This document shows, piece after piece, positions 18,841 through 28,679 of a stretch of DNA of 64,000 nt. The stretch lies in IMG/VR virus record IMGVR_UViG_3300013121_000005, positions 192,001 through 256,000 of that record. One strand, 5' to 3'. The stretch's first letter is position 1, and every line of letters starts with the position of its first letter. The position numbers and the translations under genes are program-made. This DNA is from a virus (Duplodnaviria > Caudoviricetes). The notes beneath the pieces were generated by a model. The model was not told where the DNA came from. It saw only the letters and a list, made by a program, of their open reading frames with translations, and made no database searches.

Positions 18841-19344
18841 TTGAAGTCAAAACCTAGGGTCATTGTAGCAACCAGTTCAACTGGGCTCATTGGGATTAAT
18901 GGTCGACTTCCTTGGGTTAAGCCTGCGGATCTCAAACGTTTTAAGCGGGTTACGATGGGAGGGGTACTCATTGTAGGTCGTACTACTTGGGAGTCCATTG
19001 GGCGGCCTCTTCCTGGGCGTAAGACCTTTGTTCTGACTCGATCCGAAACCAAGTGGGAAGGGGTAGAGGTCTTTCGGACTTTACCTGAAGCAATCGAAGC
19101 TGCCGGAGAGGGTACCCCTGTTTGGATTGCGGGGGGGACTTCGGTCTATGCTGAGGGGCTCTCCTTTTGCGATGAGTTGGACATCACCGTGGTGAGAGAC
19201 CCCAAAGTTCCTATCTGGGGTCGAAGCCTTGCTACAATCGATTGGTACCAGAATGGACAAGTCGCCGGATTCACGCTTCGCCACGAGGAAGTGAATCCGG
19301 AGGACCCTACTCTCACCCACCAGACTTTCACACGAGACCAATGA
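18841..19344 (+). CDS. folA: Dihydrofolate reductase
   Basis: IGINGRLPW..PADLKRFKRVT, GRTTWESIGRPLPGR, IAGG..VY. Confidence 0.93.
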   Translation: MKSKPRVIVATSSTGLIGINGRLPWVKPADLKRFKRVTMGGVLIVGRTTWESIGRPLPGRKTFVLTRSETKWEGVEVFRTLPEAIEAAGEGTPVWIAGGTSVYAEGLSFCDELDITVVRDPKVPIWGRSLATIDWYQNGQVAGFTLRHEEVNPEDPTLTHQTFTRDQ

Positions 19345-19709
19345 TTCGCTTTGCTATCCAAGCTTGTGACGAGGAAGTTGAGTTTCATCTTGCTGATGTG
19401 GTCCTTCAAGCTTCTTCGCAACTTAAGCTGAAGTTCAAGCACCTAGGGGTGGTGGACTGGATCACCATAGGGACCTCTAAATTTCTAGTGTTTCAGTCTG
19501 ATATGACCCAGGCTGATCAGCTCTTGGACCTCATCTTTCAAAACGGCCGAGCTGTTGTAAGAAGGACCTTAACGGGGTTTCAAGTTCGGATGCTGAATAA
19601 CCGAACAGGCTCTGTACCGACGTATGTGATGCAAAACACACGTAAAACAGGGCAGTTCTTTCGAGGCACCTTAGACCCCCATTGGGAGCGTCAGTTCAAG
19701 AGGAACTGA
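19341..19709 (+). CDS. Hypothetical protein
   Basis: ATGA-coupled to folA. Confidence 0.55.
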   Translation: MIRFAIQACDEEVEFHLADVVLQASSQLKLKFKHLGVVDWITIGTSKFLVFQSDMTQADQLLDLIFQNGRAVVRRTLTGFQVRMLNNRTGSVPTYVMQNTRKTGQFFRGTLDPHWERQFKRN

Positions 19710-19755
19710 GAAGGTTCCTATACGTCTACCTTGGGTAGACGAGGGACCTCTTCTC

Positions 19756-21486
19756 ATGTTCTTGATGTTGGCAGCTAGTAAGACGGCAGGGAAACGAAAA
19801 GTCCCTATCGATGCGTCTCTAGATGAGGTGGTTGAGATCGACGAAGGTCTTAGGGATCTGGAGTCGGCCGCCGCTTTGGCACGTCAAGGACGTGCTAGTC
19901 CGTACTGGCCTAAGATTCGGGAACGACTACTTCAGTACTCCTCTTCGGATAATGTAGATGAAGCAATCCGAGAGTGGGCAGATGAAGGTAACCCTTTTGT
20001 CTCGCATGGTACATGTGAGCTATGTGACAAGAACCCAATCAAATTCCACTTCCCCATTAAGAACCGGGTAACAGGAAAGTCTCTGGTCGTTGGGAGTGAG
20101 TGTGTGCTCAACTATCTGCTGATCAATGGGTATGAGTCCATTGAAGCACTCCGTAAGCGGCTTGTGGCTCAACGCAACATCTTGAAGAAGCAGGAGAAGG
20201 GGGAAGCTTCTCTTGACCAGGTTAGCGCTGTGAATGAAGCTTTCTCGACAGAGAAAGAAATTCGCGACCGTATCGGCGTAGTAGCTGGCGCAGGGCAGGA
20301 TTTCAACGTCCGGGAGTACTACCAGACTCTCTGGGAGGTGATCTCCATTGGCAATGCCTTGAAGATCACTTCTTCAGCATTTGAGTCAGCTCGGGAAGCC
20401 CATCGAGCTTGTCGATCGTTGATGAAGTTCATGGAGTCTACCCGGAAGCGTCAGAAAGGTTTCCAAGGGTTTGGGTTGGCAAGCCTTGTTTCGACGGTCA
20501 TGAGGCAACGAGAGCCTACCGGACGTCTTACCTCGCTTGTAACTTTACGCCGACATCTGAACACACTCTTTCAGTCAGGGTTACCTGCGGATGTCATCTC
20601 TCGGGCTTGGGGGGCCATCCGAGACAGCAAGGAGGACCTCCTGGAGGAGGTCACGAAGAAGTGCGATCTGGGTAAGGCCAACCTCTTGGCTAGGTATAAG
20701 TCTGAGCTAAGCTTGGCTAAGCCTTACAGTCATCTCAACTTCATTCTGACTCAGGGTCTAATTGCTCAGCGTAGAGAGTTTGACGCTCAGGTAGCCAAAA
20801 TTGAAAGAGCCCTACAATCGGAGGACTTTCTCGACCAGTTGAAGAATGACCGGGAGGGCTCTGGGGTTGCGAAGCTTCTCAACCTTACCTTCTACCCAGA
20901 TTTGGGGAACTCCGATGGATCGTTGGAAGCAGCCGCTTACAACATTGGTCGTTTTCTCAGCCTCATCAGTGGGGGCTACACGGGTAGCGTAACCAAGGCA
21001 GTGGTGGAAGCGTTCCAAGCGGATCGGATTCGAGATTTGCCTGGGATTCGAGTTGCCCTTTTGCGAGCCGCAGACGATGGGATCGTAGATGCAGACATAC
21101 TGGGAGAACGAACCCTCGTTGAGTTTGAAAAGCTAGTTCGAGCTAAAGACCCAAGAGTCGTTGACTTGCTCTATGCGGAAGTCGATGACTTTAAGGCTCT
21201 AGCTAAGGCGGTAGGCACTTACAAAGTGTACGAGGTCATGAGTGATGACTTCGGGTTTGATGTGTCGAAGGCTTACAAACTCTACTCCAAGGACAATGAC
21301 TTCGAGTACAACTTCTGTTTGGACATTCTCGCTCGATGGAAGCAAAACCGGGGCAGTTTCTCTCTATCCCCAGCCCAGATGGAGAACTTCAAACGACAGT
21401 TGGTGATGAAGGGTCGAATTGGAGAGGTGCCCAATTCGATGTGGGATGCACTTAGGAGTGAGCTTACGGCTCACTTTAAGGGTTGA
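19756..21486 (+). CDS. Hypothetical protein with Zn-ribbon and helical C-terminal region
   Basis: CELC...IKNRVTGKSLVVGSEC motif; N-terminal KTA. Confidence 0.65.
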   Translation: MFLMLAASKTAGKRKVPIDASLDEVVEIDEGLRDLESAAALARQGRASPYWPKIRERLLQYSSSDNVDEAIREWADEGNPFVSHGTCELCDKNPIKFHFPIKNRVTGKSLVVGSECVLNYLLINGYESIEALRKRLVAQRNILKKQEKGEASLDQVSAVNEAFSTEKEIRDRIGVVAGAGQDFNVREYYQTLWEVISIGNALKITSSAFESAREAHRACRSLMKFMESTRKRQKGFQGFGLASLVSTVMRQREPTGRLTSLVTLRRHLNTLFQSGLPADVISRAWGAIRDSKEDLLEEVTKKCDLGKANLLARYKSELSLAKPYSHLNFILTQGLIAQRREFDAQVAKIERALQSEDFLDQLKNDREGSGVAKLLNLTFYPDLGNSDGSLEAAAYNIGRFLSLISGGYTGSVTKAVVEAFQADRIRDLPGIRVALLRAADDGIVDADILGERTLVEFEKLVRAKDPRVVDLLYAEVDDFKALAKAVGTYKVYEVMSDDFGFDVSKAYKLYSKDNDFEYNFCLDILARWKQNRGSFSLSPAQMENFKRQLVMKGRIGEVPNSMWDALRSELTAHFKG

Positions 21487-21490
21487 GTAG

Positions 21491-22231
21491 ATGAAGCTAG
21501 CTGCTGTCCAATTCGCCCCGGGCTTCAAAGAGATTGCTCGGAATACTAGCCGAATAGTTGAGCTTGCAACAAGAGCTGCAATGCAAGGGGCAAAATTGAT
21601 TGTCTTCCCTGAATTGGCCACTACAGGCTATTCGTTCATGGGTCCAGAGGAGGCAGCCCCATTTGCAGAGACCATTGGGGACTTTTCCAAGGGGAGTCAA
21701 TACTCTTTGCTCAGAGTCGCCGAGACCTTCAACGTAGCCATTGTGTGGGGCTTGGTCGGGAAGTCTGGGAACGGGTCACTTTACAACACTCAGATGTACG
21801 TAGATCCGAATGGTAGGTATGAGTCCTACTTCAAGATCAATCTATGGGGCAATGACTTTCTCTGGGCTTCAGAGGGAAGGGCTAACCCGCCAATCGTGCA
21901 TTGTGAAGTAACCAAGAAAAAGGTGGGGTTGCTCATTTGTCGAGACGTTCGGGACAAAGCAAGCGACGACTGGAAAAACTTCTACTCTCCAGGGGATGCA
22001 GATATTGTAGCCTTCTCCTCCAATTGGGGGGATGGTGGTTTCCCGGCAGTTTCTTGGGTGGACTTTGCTAAAGAGAACCGTACGGTTCTCGTCGTAGCTA
22101 ACCGCTACGGTCAAGAAACTTGTAATAACTTTGGCGAGGGTGGCGTGTGTGTCATTGAGCCCAAGGGTAAAGTCCATTGCCAAGGGCTTCAGTGGAATCA
22201 AGATTGCATTGTGTATGCGGAGACACCATGA
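21491..22231 (+). CDS. Carbon-nitrogen hydrolase (nitrilase superfamily)
   Basis: AAVQ, IVFPEL, YFK.NL and LLICRD give the E-K-C triad; VANRYG. Confidence 0.9.
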   Translation: MKLAAVQFAPGFKEIARNTSRIVELATRAAMQGAKLIVFPELATTGYSFMGPEEAAPFAETIGDFSKGSQYSLLRVAETFNVAIVWGLVGKSGNGSLYNTQMYVDPNGRYESYFKINLWGNDFLWASEGRANPPIVHCEVTKKKVGLLICRDVRDKASDDWKNFYSPGDADIVAFSSNWGDGGFPAVSWVDFAKENRTVLVVANRYGQETCNNFGEGGVCVIEPKGKVHCQGLQWNQDCIVYAETP

Positions 22232-22731
22232 GTAACCTTGTTCAGCGAGTTGTATCAAGATTTTCAAGAAGGTTGGCTGCTGCCTCCCCTCATGTGTGTT
22301 GGTACCGAGTAACCAAGTATAAGGGGGGTAATCGCTCAGTACTTGTATCGGTAGTAGCGGCTTGGAAGCCTACTTCTGACATCCCTATCAGAAAAGAGAC
22401 CCACAACAATTGGCTATCAGTGGAGTACTATGATGTCCCTGACGAGTTTTTCCAGCAGGTTGAGCGGGATTGCCGTCAGATTTCTGCGAAGGCCAAAGCA
22501 CTCGTGGAGGGGCTAGGGCTCAAGCTGCGGGAAAATCGGATGGAACCTCTCAAGAAGTGGGTAGAGAAATCTGTGAATTCCCTTACAGGTGACTATGTGA
22601 ACTTCTTCTGGTTGTCCGTTGAGGTCCCATTTGGGGCAGGTCAGAAGCAGAAGATCGAGGCTGTCACGTCAGCATTCGCAGAGCTGTCATCAGGTTTCTC
22701 TAATGTGATGCAAATTGAGCTAGAGAAGTGA
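22228..22731 (+). CDS. Tagged-class hypothetical protein (QRVVSRF leader)
   Basis: ATGA-coupled start MSNLVQRVVSRFSRRLAA. Confidence 0.65.
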   Translation: MSNLVQRVVSRFSRRLAAASPHVCWYRVTKYKGGNRSVLVSVVAAWKPTSDIPIRKETHNNWLSVEYYDVPDEFFQQVERDCRQISAKAKALVEGLGLKLRENRMEPLKKWVEKSVNSLTGDYVNFFWLSVEVPFGAGQKQKIEAVTSAFAELSSGFSNVMQIELEK

Positions 22732-22732
22732 T

Positions 22733-23725
22733 ATGGTGCCGCTCAAGGACCTAACGTTAGCGAAACGGGTAGCCTTCTTCTATCAAGATCGAATGGCTCG
22801 TCGGATCGCGGCTAGATTCTTGTTCTCAGCAAGTTTGTTGGACGGTCTGGTTCACCGGATGGATTCCTTGTTTGCGAACTATACGAACAAGGGAGCGGCT
22901 GAAGCAGCTAAGTGGTTCGAGGCGAATTTCCGTTTTGACATGTCCAAAACACCGCAAGGGCAGAAGGACCTCAAAAACAAGGCAGCCAAGTTCCATTGGT
23001 TTTTGCGGTCAGCGGCAGGTCTTGAGGCGTATGGTAAGGATGACCCAAACAATGAAGAGGGTTGGTCCCGAGCAGGCAAGGAAGCAGCTCGTATTTGGGA
23101 GCACGAGATCAAACCCTTGGTTGGGGATCTCGTAAGATACTTTACCGACGAAGGGGGTAAAATCGTCCCCAAGGAAGTGAAGGTTGGGGGAAACACCTAC
23201 CTCAACCTCGTCGGGTTCGACCAGAAGAAGCTGGGGCACTACGTTACGACGCTGGAGAGCCTCTGGGACGACCTGAAGGGTTGGCGCCGGAAAGCCCTTT
23301 CGGGGGGCCTCAAGGTCGTCTTGGCGAGCCCCAAGGAGTTTCATGGTACCGTGGGGGGCAAGTACAAGTCGTCGGAAGACCTCCTTCTCGTTCGTGCAAC
23401 CCCCCATGTTCTTAAACGAACGCAAGGTACCTACGGCGCCCTTGATTACATCCTCATCCATGAGCTAGGGCATCGCTACGAACGAAAGCAGAATCTTCCC
23501 GAGGACTTCGACAAATCCTACTGGTGGACCAGTACGTACAGCCGTAAAGAAGGGGAGAGCTTTGCAGAGCTGTTCGCTCTCGGGCACTTCAAGATCAAGG
23601 GGCAAGGCGCTGAAGCGACACAGGACCGTTTCGAGAAGCTCATGGCTGGACACGACAACATACCTCGGCCCGAATTGCCGGAGCATCTGCAAAAAGTCGT
23701 CCAATCAAAAGCTGGGGTGGTGTAG
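22733..23725 (+). CDS. Zincin-like metallopeptidase, tagged class
   Basis: IHELGHRY...STYS....ESFAELF; leader RRIAARF. Confidence 0.75.
   Translation: MVPLKDLTLAKRVAFFYQDRMARRIAARFLFSASLLDGLVHRMDSLFANYTNKGAAEAAKWFEANFRFDMSKTPQGQKDLKNKAAKFHWFLRSAAGLEAYGKDDPNNEEGWSRAGKEAARIWEHEIKPLVGDLVRYFTDEGGKIVPKEVKVGGNTYLNLVGFDQKKLGHYVTTLESLWDDLKGWRRKALSGGLKVVLASPKEFHGTVGGKYKSSEDLLLVRATPHVLKRTQGTYGALDYILIHELGHRYERKQNLPEDFDKSYWWTSTYSRKEGESFAELFALGHFKIKGQGAEATQDRFEKLMAGHDNIPRPELPEHLQKVVQSKAGVV
23719..23724 (+). promoter_or_regulatory. GGTGTA motif upstream of clpX
   Basis: 10 nt before ATG 23735; no SD in between. Confidence 0.65.
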
Positions 23726-23734
23726 TTGTAGAGT

Positions 23735-26077
23735 ATGAGCGTTCCCATCTGCTGCGGTTTTTGTAAGCGTCCTCGAAACGAGGTGAAGAACCTCATTGCG
23801 GCAAACCCCGATGATGGGCCTTTCATCTGTAACCGGTGCATCGAGACGGCTTTTAAGGAGCTAGAAGCTGGCGCTAAGCGAGTAGAAGGGCTTGGGCAGA
23901 AAAAGGAAGAGCCCCAACTCCGTGCTCCGAAAGAAATCAAGGCGTACCTCGATGATTTCGTGATCGGTCAGGACAAGGCCAAGCGAGCGATTGCGACAGC
24001 GGTTTACAATCACTTCAAGCGCCGAAAGTTGAAGGACGCAAAGCCGGAGATCGAAGTCAACGGCAAGAGAGAAGAGGTGGAGGTAGACAAGGCGAACATC
24101 CTTCTCCTTGGTCCCTCAGGTTGTCATCGTAAAGGCCAGCTTGTCCTGATGTACGATGGTACCTTCAAGGCTGTTGAAGATATCCAGATCGGCGACCTTC
24201 TCATGGGGCCGGACAGTACGCCCCGATCGGTGCTGGAGCTGCACCGGGGCGTGGAGAACATGGTCGAGGTCATCCCATTCAAAGGAGAACCGTGGGTGGT
24301 TAACGAGGGGCACATTCTCACGATTGTCCGGACAGCCTACAACGGGGGTTCCGGGTACCGCTCCGTCAACGAAGTTAAGGATGTGGCTTTGCGTGAATAC
24401 CTTGCTTGGTCCCGTACGCAGAAGGCTTGCCACAAGCTCTTCCGTGTTCCGGTAGACTTCAAGCCTATCGGGCCATTGCCGCTCGATCCGTACTTCCTTG
24501 GAGTGCTCCTCGGGGACGGCTCTCTTGCCGTATCTCCTCGTGTGACGACGGAAGACCCTGAGATTCTTCGTGAGTTGGAAGACCAGGCAAGTCGATTTGA
24601 ACTTCAAGTGGTGAAGTACCAATACGACGCAAACAAGTGCCCTTCCTACGCCCTCACCTCTGGTAAGCGTGGCGGGAGTGCAGGCGAGGATCGGGTGAAC
24701 CCCATTGCGATGCGCCTGGCTCAGCTCGACTTGCTCAATGTGGTCGGAGAGGAGAAGTTCATCCCCCACGTCTACAAAACAGCCTCACGCGAACACCGTT
24801 TGGCGATTATGGCAGGGCTCCTCGATACAGACGGGTCCTTAGATGAGGCGGGGGTGGGTTTCGACTTCGTGAACAAGTCAAAGCAGCTCGTTGAAGACCT
24901 GGCCTTTATCGCACGTAGTCTTGGTTTCGCTGCGTATCCCCAAGCATGCAAGAAAGGGTGCCAGACCGGCGCCGAGGGCATGTACTACCGGATGTTCATC
25001 TCGGGTGACGTATCGAAGATCCCAGTACGCATTCCTCGAAAGAAGGCTCCTGTCCGGGAATCTTCTAAGGATGTTCTTCGGACGGGATTTAAGACTCGCC
25101 CACTGCCCCCCGAGGAGTATTTTGGATTCGTTCTCGACAGGGATCATCGTTACCTACTCGATGACTTTACGGTGACCCACAACACAGGTAAGACCCACAT
25201 TGCCCGTACGATCGCTCGCTTGCTGAATGTGCCCTTTTTCATCGGGGATGCAACTCGATTGACTCAGGCAGGGTACGTAGGGGATGACGTAGAAACCCTT
25301 CTTCAAGGTCTTGTGCAAAACGCAGGGGGGGACGTGGAGCGCGCCCAATGGGGCATCGTGTTCCTCGATGAGGTAGACAAGATCGCTCGCTCAGGGGGTC
25401 GCGATCGGGCAGGGTACCGAGACGTGACAGGTGAGGGAGTCCAACAGTCTCTCCTAAAGCTCCTCGAAGGTTCGAGGGTCAATGTCCCACGGGCCGGTAA
25501 GGCTGGGATGATGACTGCTTACGATGCAGTGGACACCACAAACATCCTCTTTATCTGCGCTGGTTCTTTCGCTGGGATTGAGCCAATCGTAGAAAAGCGA
25601 GTCAACAGCAAGGCTTCTCTTGGTTTCGGCTCGGCCTCTAGGGAGAAGTTCGACCCTACACAGACGTACTTGTCAGTGACCCCAGATGACTTGTTGAACT
25701 TCGGGATCATTCCTGAAATGCTTGGGCGCCTTCAAGTGGTTACCACTACGGTGGAGTTGGGGGAGGATGACCTGGTACGTGTGCTTCTTGAGCCTCGAAA
25801 CAGCATTGTCAAGCAATTTCAAGCGCTTTTCCAGCAGGATGGGATCTCTTTGGATTTTGAACCCGATGCGCTCCGAGCCGTAGCCAGGGCAGCGAAGAAA
25901 CGGAACACAGGAGCTAGGGCTCTACGGTCCATTGTAGAGGCAGCCCTGGAACAGCTCATGTTCGAGTTACCAGGAGACAAGCGAGTCCGACGAGTGTTGG
26001 TAACAGAGCAGACCATCGATACTGGAGTGGCTGTTTTGACCATGGCGGAGGAAGCTGAACATAGCCAAGAGGCATGA
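23735..26077 (+). CDS. clpX: ClpX ATP-dependent unfoldase with an intein
   Basis: CGFC...ICNRC zinc domain, VIGQ..AK, GPSG/TGKT, DATRLTQAGYVGDDVE, DEVDK, RDVTGEGVQQ, LGF loop, TGARALR. Confidence 0.95.
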   Translation: MSVPICCGFCKRPRNEVKNLIAANPDDGPFICNRCIETAFKELEAGAKRVEGLGQKKEEPQLRAPKEIKAYLDDFVIGQDKAKRAIATAVYNHFKRRKLKDAKPEIEVNGKREEVEVDKANILLLGPSGCHRKGQLVLMYDGTFKAVEDIQIGDLLMGPDSTPRSVLELHRGVENMVEVIPFKGEPWVVNEGHILTIVRTAYNGGSGYRSVNEVKDVALREYLAWSRTQKACHKLFRVPVDFKPIGPLPLDPYFLGVLLGDGSLAVSPRVTTEDPEILRELEDQASRFELQVVKYQYDANKCPSYALTSGKRGGSAGEDRVNPIAMRLAQLDLLNVVGEEKFIPHVYKTASREHRLAIMAGLLDTDGSLDEAGVGFDFVNKSKQLVEDLAFIARSLGFAAYPQACKKGCQTGAEGMYYRMFISGDVSKIPVRIPRKKAPVRESSKDVLRTGFKTRPLPPEEYFGFVLDRDHRYLLDDFTVTHNTGKTHIARTIARLLNVPFFIGDATRLTQAGYVGDDVETLLQGLVQNAGGDVERAQWGIVFLDEVDKIARSGGRDRAGYRDVTGEGVQQSLLKLLEGSRVNVPRAGKAGMMTAYDAVDTTNILFICAGSFAGIEPIVEKRVNSKASLGFGSASREKFDPTQTYLSVTPDDLLNFGIIPEMLGRLQVVTTTVELGEDDLVRVLLEPRNSIVKQFQALFQQDGISLDFEPDALRAVARAAKKRNTGARALRSIVEAALEQLMFELPGDKRVRRVLVTEQTIDTGVAVLTMAEEAEHSQEA
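24122..25183 (+). mobile_element. Intein (354 aa) with LAGLIDADG endonuclease in the ClpX Walker A
   Basis: Starts CHRKG, ends VTHN followed by Thr; LGVLLGDG and MAGLLDTDG motifs. Confidence 0.93.
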
Positions 26078-26104
26078 TGATCTGTTGATGATGAAGGTCC
26101 TGTG

Positions 26105-27316
26105 ATGGACCTTCATCTTATCCGGAATATCATTGCTAGGTTTAGGATCTCCAAGTCTATGGGAGATCCTAAGGAATTGGTACACGAGTATGAGCAAATG
26201 CTCAACAAGTTTACCCTTCCGGAAGACCAGGTAGCTTCGGCCAAAGCTGTGATGCAAAGGCTGATTTCCAATGGGCTGGGACAAGCGCAAGGTATCACCG
26301 ACCCAGGGTTTGATGCTGCTCACACTACATCCCTGCTAGCTAGTGTGAAGATTGAGCGAGGTTGGCCCTACGTTTACGACCCTGGCAGCAAGCTGTTTCT
26401 GGCTCTACTACAGTCCTATACGTTACCTGCGCCGCTTCGGAAAAAGATTGAGATTGCGTCTCGGCTATACCTAAAGGGTATGCGCCCAAGGTACAAAGCA
26501 AAAAGGCCCGGCCCAGAAAGGGACCTGGAATACCTCCTCTCCTATGAGAAAGTCATGGGGGTATGGCGAGAGCACCTTGCTTACGCTAAAGAGGCCATTG
26601 CTAAGGGCAAAGAGCACGCAACGGAAGGCGAAGGGGCCACAAAGCTCAATGTAGGGCCGTTTACCGTTGTCAACACGGGAGGTTTCTCTGAAGAGCAGAT
26701 GGGCTCGGTTGTTGAGGTTGTCAGGAAGGCTCATAGCCTTTTGCAAAGCTCAGGCTTCAATGAAGTGTGTTACGGTGAAATTCAAGTCACCAACACAATT
26801 CACAAGGGGTCAGTCTGGGCTTTCTACATGGTCACTAAGGACGAGTTGTTTGTTCGAGCCAACCTCAAACCCACCGTCGACATAGTTCACAACGTCCTGC
26901 ATGAATTAGGGCATCGCTACGAGCACAAGTTCCTCAAGGGGGGTGAAGCCCCCCTTTGGAGGCTCTACCATACGATGGAGTCTCAAGAGAGAACAAGTCT
27001 TAAGGATGCCAAATTTCCTGACCCTGGTACAACCTTGGTAAACAAGGGTCGTACCTTCATTGTCACCCATACTACTGCGGACTTCCGTAATGGATACGTA
27101 GTCCACCTCAAGATGGAAGGTGGGACTGCGAAGGTACCCCTAAGCTCGTTTTGGGCTCTCAAAGGTGAGAATCTCAAGGACCCAAGTCTTGGGTTTGTTA
27201 CCCCTTACGCGAAAAAGAGCCCTAACGAGAACTTTGCGGAGATGTTTGCCTTCTATTGTATGGGCAAACTGTCAGGGTCGCAGAAGGAAGCCTTTGAGCA
27301 AGCTATTGCGAAGTAG
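26105..27316 (+). CDS. Zincin-like metallopeptidase, tagged class
   Basis: LHELGHRY...TPYA....ENFAEMF; leader RNIIARF. Confidence 0.75.
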   Translation: MDLHLIRNIIARFRISKSMGDPKELVHEYEQMLNKFTLPEDQVASAKAVMQRLISNGLGQAQGITDPGFDAAHTTSLLASVKIERGWPYVYDPGSKLFLALLQSYTLPAPLRKKIEIASRLYLKGMRPRYKAKRPGPERDLEYLLSYEKVMGVWREHLAYAKEAIAKGKEHATEGEGATKLNVGPFTVVNTGGFSEEQMGSVVEVVRKAHSLLQSSGFNEVCYGEIQVTNTIHKGSVWAFYMVTKDELFVRANLKPTVDIVHNVLHELGHRYEHKFLKGGEAPLWRLYHTMESQERTSLKDAKFPDPGTTLVNKGRTFIVTHTTADFRNGYVVHLKMEGGTAKVPLSSFWALKGENLKDPSLGFVTPYAKKSPNENFAEMFAFYCMGKLSGSQKEAFEQAIAK

Positions 27317-27352
27317 AGGGTTAGATTCTTTTGATAGGGAGGTCTGAGAGAG

Positions 27353-28678
27353 ATGCTGACTCCCAACCCCCCTCAAGTTGGTTCCAATCGAGAAACCTTT
27401 AAAGAGCGTTATGCTCGGTTGCTTCTCTCAATGTCTCTTCAGGAGGCCAAAGATATCCTAGGGTTCCCCCCTGGATACTCTCCGAGCCCTGACGAGATTG
27501 CCAAGGCTTATCGACGCAAGGCTTTGGAGAACCATCCGGATCGTGGGGGCAGTCACGAAAAGATGGTGGAGGTCAATGTCGCCAAGGACCTTCTGGAGGG
27601 TAAGGGGCGTGCAACTTGGACCCCTGAGCCTGCACCTCGTCGAGAGCGACCAAAGCCAACTCCAGTTGAATACGACGCAACCCTAAAAGGGGCCTCGTTT
27701 GAGGCCGCATGGGGTTCCGCAGGTGTCCCAGCCTCGGTAGAGTGGAAGTTTGTGAGCATCCCTGAGTGGTATTGGCCTAGCTCGAATCACCCAGGTCATC
27801 GAGTCTGGTGCCTCTATGGCCAGAACGAGCAGAAGCACGTCTTCCTTGCCTTCAAGGAGCGCGGAGAGAGTGCCGGGGGCGTCTGGCTGGATGACCAGGG
27901 GAAGCAGGCACCCCCTGGGACCGGCAAGTTCACGAAGATCGAGCAGGACTGGCAGTCGAGCCTCATCGAGATCCCGATCGCTCAGAACGTCGCCAAGATC
28001 GCGCCCAAGTACCTGAAAGAGGTTGGGACGGCGTGGGCGGATGGGGCCAAGCCGAAGCCCCCAAGGAAGTTTGTTGCGTGGCCCGGTGGTAAGCCAACAG
28101 AACAGATTATCAGCAAGATTCCCCGTTCAGGTGGAGCCGCTCTAAAGGACATCCTCGTGGGCACTGGCCTTCTGACGGACGAGGACCCCGCAGTGGCAGG
28201 CCGCAAGAGCGTGGTGGAAATCTTCACGAAGTACAGCAAAGAACGCTTCGAGCGGGCGAAGAAGTTGAAGGCCGAGGGTAAGCTCAAGGGGCTCAACAAT
28301 GCCCACCAGTACGACTTCTTCGTCCGGGTCAATGGGAAGACCGAGAAGCTCGAAGACGACACTATTTCCAAGATGGAGCGGTCCTTCATCCCATGGGTTC
28401 TAAGCTGGGAGATCAGCGAAGGGGCCCCGAAAAATCTCACCCGGATGCGAGGAGGTCGGCTCAAGTACGGCCCAGCAGACGCTATTCGGGAACTAGCTAA
28501 TTGCCTTACGACAGAACCCTCTTGGCTTCATATCGCTCTAGAGAAAGCTATCGAGGAGTATGAGGTCCCAGCTAAGGTGGCATACAGGGAACCTCTTCGA
28601 GCCTTTCATGACGCTCTGATCACCCGCAACGTGGTTGCGCGAGTTCTCTCGACCCGCAAGAGCAAGGTGAAGGTATAG
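27353..28678 (+). CDS. J-domain (DnaJ-like) protein, tagged class
   Basis: ILG...EIAKAYRRKALENHPDRGG; C-terminal RNVVARV. Confidence 0.8.
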   Translation: MLTPNPPQVGSNRETFKERYARLLLSMSLQEAKDILGFPPGYSPSPDEIAKAYRRKALENHPDRGGSHEKMVEVNVAKDLLEGKGRATWTPEPAPRRERPKPTPVEYDATLKGASFEAAWGSAGVPASVEWKFVSIPEWYWPSSNHPGHRVWCLYGQNEQKHVFLAFKERGESAGGVWLDDQGKQAPPGTGKFTKIEQDWQSSLIEIPIAQNVAKIAPKYLKEVGTAWADGAKPKPPRKFVAWPGGKPTEQIISKIPRSGGAALKDILVGTGLLTDEDPAVAGRKSVVEIFTKYSKERFERAKKLKAEGKLKGLNNAHQYDFFVRVNGKTEKLEDDTISKMERSFIPWVLSWEISEGAPKNLTRMRGGRLKYGPADAIRELANCLTTEPSWLHIALEKAIEEYEVPAKVAYREPLRAFHDALITRNVVARVLSTRKSKVKV

Positions 28679-28679
28679 G

